DNA from: Eledone cirrhosa
Lineage: Eukaryota
Direction of reading: 5' to 3'
Assembly (NCBI GenBank): GCA_964016885.1
Contig: OZ024740.1
Location: 292,392,001-292,456,000 of the forward strand
Length of the DNA stretch: 64,000 nt
In this document: positions 1 through 64,000 of the stretch, piece by piece
Layout: every line of letters starts with the position of its first letter
Position numbering within the stretch: the stretch's first letter is position 1
Made by a program: the position numbers and the translations under genes
The notes under the pieces: generated by a model
Database searches by the model: none
Told to the model about the DNA's origin: nothing
What the model saw: the letters and a program-made list of their open reading frames with translations, nothing else

Positions 1-961
1 CAATGAATATAGTGAAGAATTTAGCGTAAAAGTTGGTGTTCATCAAGGCTCTGTCCTTAGCCCTCTCCTGTTTATTATTGCGCTACAGGCTGTTACAGAA
101 GAGTTTAAGACTGGCTGCCTATGGGAACTCCTATACGCAGATGATCTTACTCTCATAGTTAAATCTATGGCTGAACTAGAGAAGAAATTCCAAACATGGA
201 AATATGGCCTAGAATCAAAAGGCCTTAAAGTTAACTTGTCTAAGACTAAAGTTCTAGTATGTAGAAAGGAAAATAAGGTACAGGTACCCTCTGGGAAATG
301 GCTATGCTCAGTGTGTAGGAAAGAAGTAGGTAGATATTCCATTCTATGTCCCAAATGCAAACTATGGGTACATAAAAGATGTAGTGGAATCACAGGCAAG
401 CTATCTAAGAACGTAGATTTTATATGTGGCTAATGCTCAGGTGCAATAAGTAGCAAGTGCCCACAGCGTACTAGCTCCTTCAACTGCCCAGATGGTTCTA
501 TAGAAATAGTAGACACTTTCCGTTACCTTGGTGACAAAATCAGCAGTGGTGGAGGGTGCTCTGAAAGTACAGTAGCCAGAGTTAGAATGGGATGGAAAAA
601 GTTCAGAGCACTAATACTGCTGTTGGCCACAAAAGGTTTCTCTCTAAAAATGAAAGGCAGATTGTATGATGCTTGTATACGAACAGCAATGTTACATGGC
701 AGAGGATCTGCGCAGATTAGAAAGGAACAAAGCATGCATGCTCTGTTGGATGTGTAATACACGAACGGCAAAATATAAACAAACTAAGTGAGAAATTAGG
801 AATAAGAGGGATCAGATGCTGTTTACTTGAGAGGAGACTATGCTGGTATGGTCATGTGATGTGCATGAAAGACGACCTGTATAAAAAAGTGCAGGGCGAT
901 CAAAATTGATGAAAGTTATGGAGTAGGTAGACCCAGAAAAACCTGGGATGATGATGATGAT
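1..961 (+). mobile_element. Decayed 3' part of RTE-clade LINE (family A)
   Basis: Homologous to 8665-9650 (GVHQGS, LLYADD, PHD-like Cys cluster) with stops and deletions; ends in (GAT)n. Confidence 0.9.
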
Positions 962-2298
962 GTATGTGTATAATATGGTGAGAGAATATAATTAATGGAG
1001 CATTACAAATATAACTTGAAATATTCTGTTTACTAATTTATGTATTTGATTTTGAACATGACTGGGATCAATGAGGGGTTGAAAATTCTATGTGGGGGCT
1101 TATTGGGGGTTGATGATTACATGAAGAAGTTGACCTAAAATGTTTGGAGATCCCTGGCATAGAGGTTTCTATATTGGTCTATATCTTCATGATTATTGTA
1201 TATTTCTATAATAGACTGACACAAACATTACCAGATAGTAGGAATGACTGAAATATACAGTACATAGCTTACTGGATGCTATGTTAACTGTTTTGTTTTA
1301 ACATACCATGTTAATTGTAGCATGCTCAATTAATTTTGTTTTCAGTTTTAAGGTTATTTTGCAAAATTTAGGCTGAGATGCTTCCCAAAGCTTGACACCT
1401 AGTTCAAATCACAGAAAACGGACTGTTATGCTTTCATCTTGCTTTAGCCATTTCATTAGTGTATTTCTAATGAAATACACTCTATTTCAATTAGTTAATG
1501 AAGAATCTTGAGGGATTTACTAAAATTATTTCATTACTAATGTAAGGTTCTTATGTCAAATTATGTTGGAAGATTTTGATTTCAATTGGAAACCTTTAAA
1601 ATGGGTGACATTATTTCACAGAATCAGAGCCATTTCTGGCCAGGTTGGCAACAAAAGGGTTAGTGTTCTTCCTTTTAAAACTTTTGCAGAAAGTAAAAAG
1701 AAATTCTTTCAAATTTTGGCAGGGAATTGAAATTATACTTTATAAAAATATCTACTTTAGGTACAGGGTCAGCAATTTTGGAGGAGAAAGTTGATTATAT
1801 CAACCCTAGTGTATGACTGGTACTTCATTCTATTGACTTCCAAAAGATGGAAAGCAAAGTTAACCATGACAGAATTTAAAACTAGGATGTAGAAGGGCAT
1901 AATGAAATACTGCAATGCATTCATCCAATGCTCAGATGATTCTGTCAACCCACTAGTAGTTTTCAATTGAAAGTATTAAACAGCAGAATGTAAAAGTCAT
2001 TTTAAAAAAAGTAACTATAATGAGCTAGTTTGTTTCATAAGATTTGAGTATTATTTTATAGCTTCATCAATAAGTATTTCTTCAGAATGTTAGCTATTTA
2101 CCAACAGCCTGCAGACATAATGAGGAAACATTAACTGTAATCAGTCACAATATAAAATAGACATTATAATCTGAGTCAGCCTGTCTAGTTAGTGGGCTAT
2201 TCTCAAATTGCTACCTATAATAGTTAATGTCCTTTTACATTGAAAATCATTCAAGTCATAAAGTATTGTTTTATTGATATTTCTAGTGCTATCTTCCA

Positions 2299-62967
<60,669 letters not shown>

Positions 62968-64000
62968 GTGAGTTATTTTTTACATTATGTTATGTTGTTG
63001 GTGTGTTAATGGTGATGCTGGTTGATGTGTTTTGTGAGTTGATTGGTATAATTGAAAAAAAGAAACAAACAAAATAAAAACAAAAAACCCCAAAAAACAA
63101 TCAGTACCAACAATGAATTGAGACAGACAAACAAGGAAAATCAAAACTGCTAATTTGTATAATTTTTATTTGTGCTATAGGATATGACAAAACCATGCAA
63201 CAAAATACGACACAACTGGAATATGTAAAAAGGCTTTCATCAACACTTTGGTAAATGTAGTGTTCATTGATGAGAGTATTTTTGTTGCGATGTATTGGAG
63301 ATGTTGGTTGAGATAAAATATTACAAGAGAATGAACTGGACATTAATACTTGTGTGTTTTGTGATATTTATGGTTATGACATTATACCTATTTTTGTCTG
63401 AATTTCAATAACCACAGATTTACCCATAATTTCACTACATATGTGATATCAAATGCTTCTGTGAACAACTTTGTGTTTCACCCTTTGTGCTTCACCTAAT
63501 AAATTAAAATAGTCATGTATTGAGTCATTCTAATTACCTCGTCCCACCCCCACCCTCAAAGAAAATTATGGTTTTGAACATGTTAGAAGTGATTCAGTGT
63601 ATTTAACGTTTTGATACCAAACTGCCTGAAATCACTTTTAGTTCTGTGATACACAACTTTGTTTTAAAGTGTTTAACCAAGTCTTCCATAGCTTTATATA
63701 AGAACTATTGTTCCAAATTAATTAATGAGAAAGATAGTTATATTATTAAATCCATCTACACTTTTGATTATTTTCAAAACTATTTGAAAATCATATGTAG
63801 TCTTTCATTAGAAAAATAAGTTAATGGAAGCAATAGATATTAAGATGTTGGATATTTCATCTTGAATCATTATTTAAACATTGTATAACCCTTAACTCTA
63901 AAGTATTTTCCATCAACATTACCTATATTTTCTATGTCATCAGCATGTATGTATATGTATGGTCCCATAACATTTGAGGGAGTCGTAGCAGTGCTGTATT

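Overview
AT-rich animal genomic DNA; the SINE/RTE repertoire and (TA)n load suggest an octopus/coleoid cephalopod (inference). The window lies within one + strand host gene. Twelve exons (2299-62967) splice in frame into the N-terminal ~300 aa of a class-V PLP-dependent, cysteine-desulfurase-like protein (YCDYTASG, YGNTH, EHNSN, WDYA, SPHK, EEGGTP), and the gene continues past the window. Intron 1 is GC-AG. Intron 2 is 39.8 kb and holds a (TA)n-anchored nest of young retroelements: one nearly intact and many truncated or inverted RTE LINEs with a PHD-type finger inserted inside the RT domain, Penelope-like (Naiad-type) pieces with hammerhead-ribozyme motifs, SINEs, non-autonomous Helitrons and a complete but decayed CsRn1-type Gypsy element. 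Later introns hold a CR1-type LINE, SINEs, MITEs and old RTE remnants. The most unusual signals are the intra-RT PHD finger, interrupted TA arrays whose strand polarity tracks the adjacent retroelement tail, a non-canonical hammerhead variant, SINE tail swapping between two LINE families, and mosaic LTRs that begin with TA.
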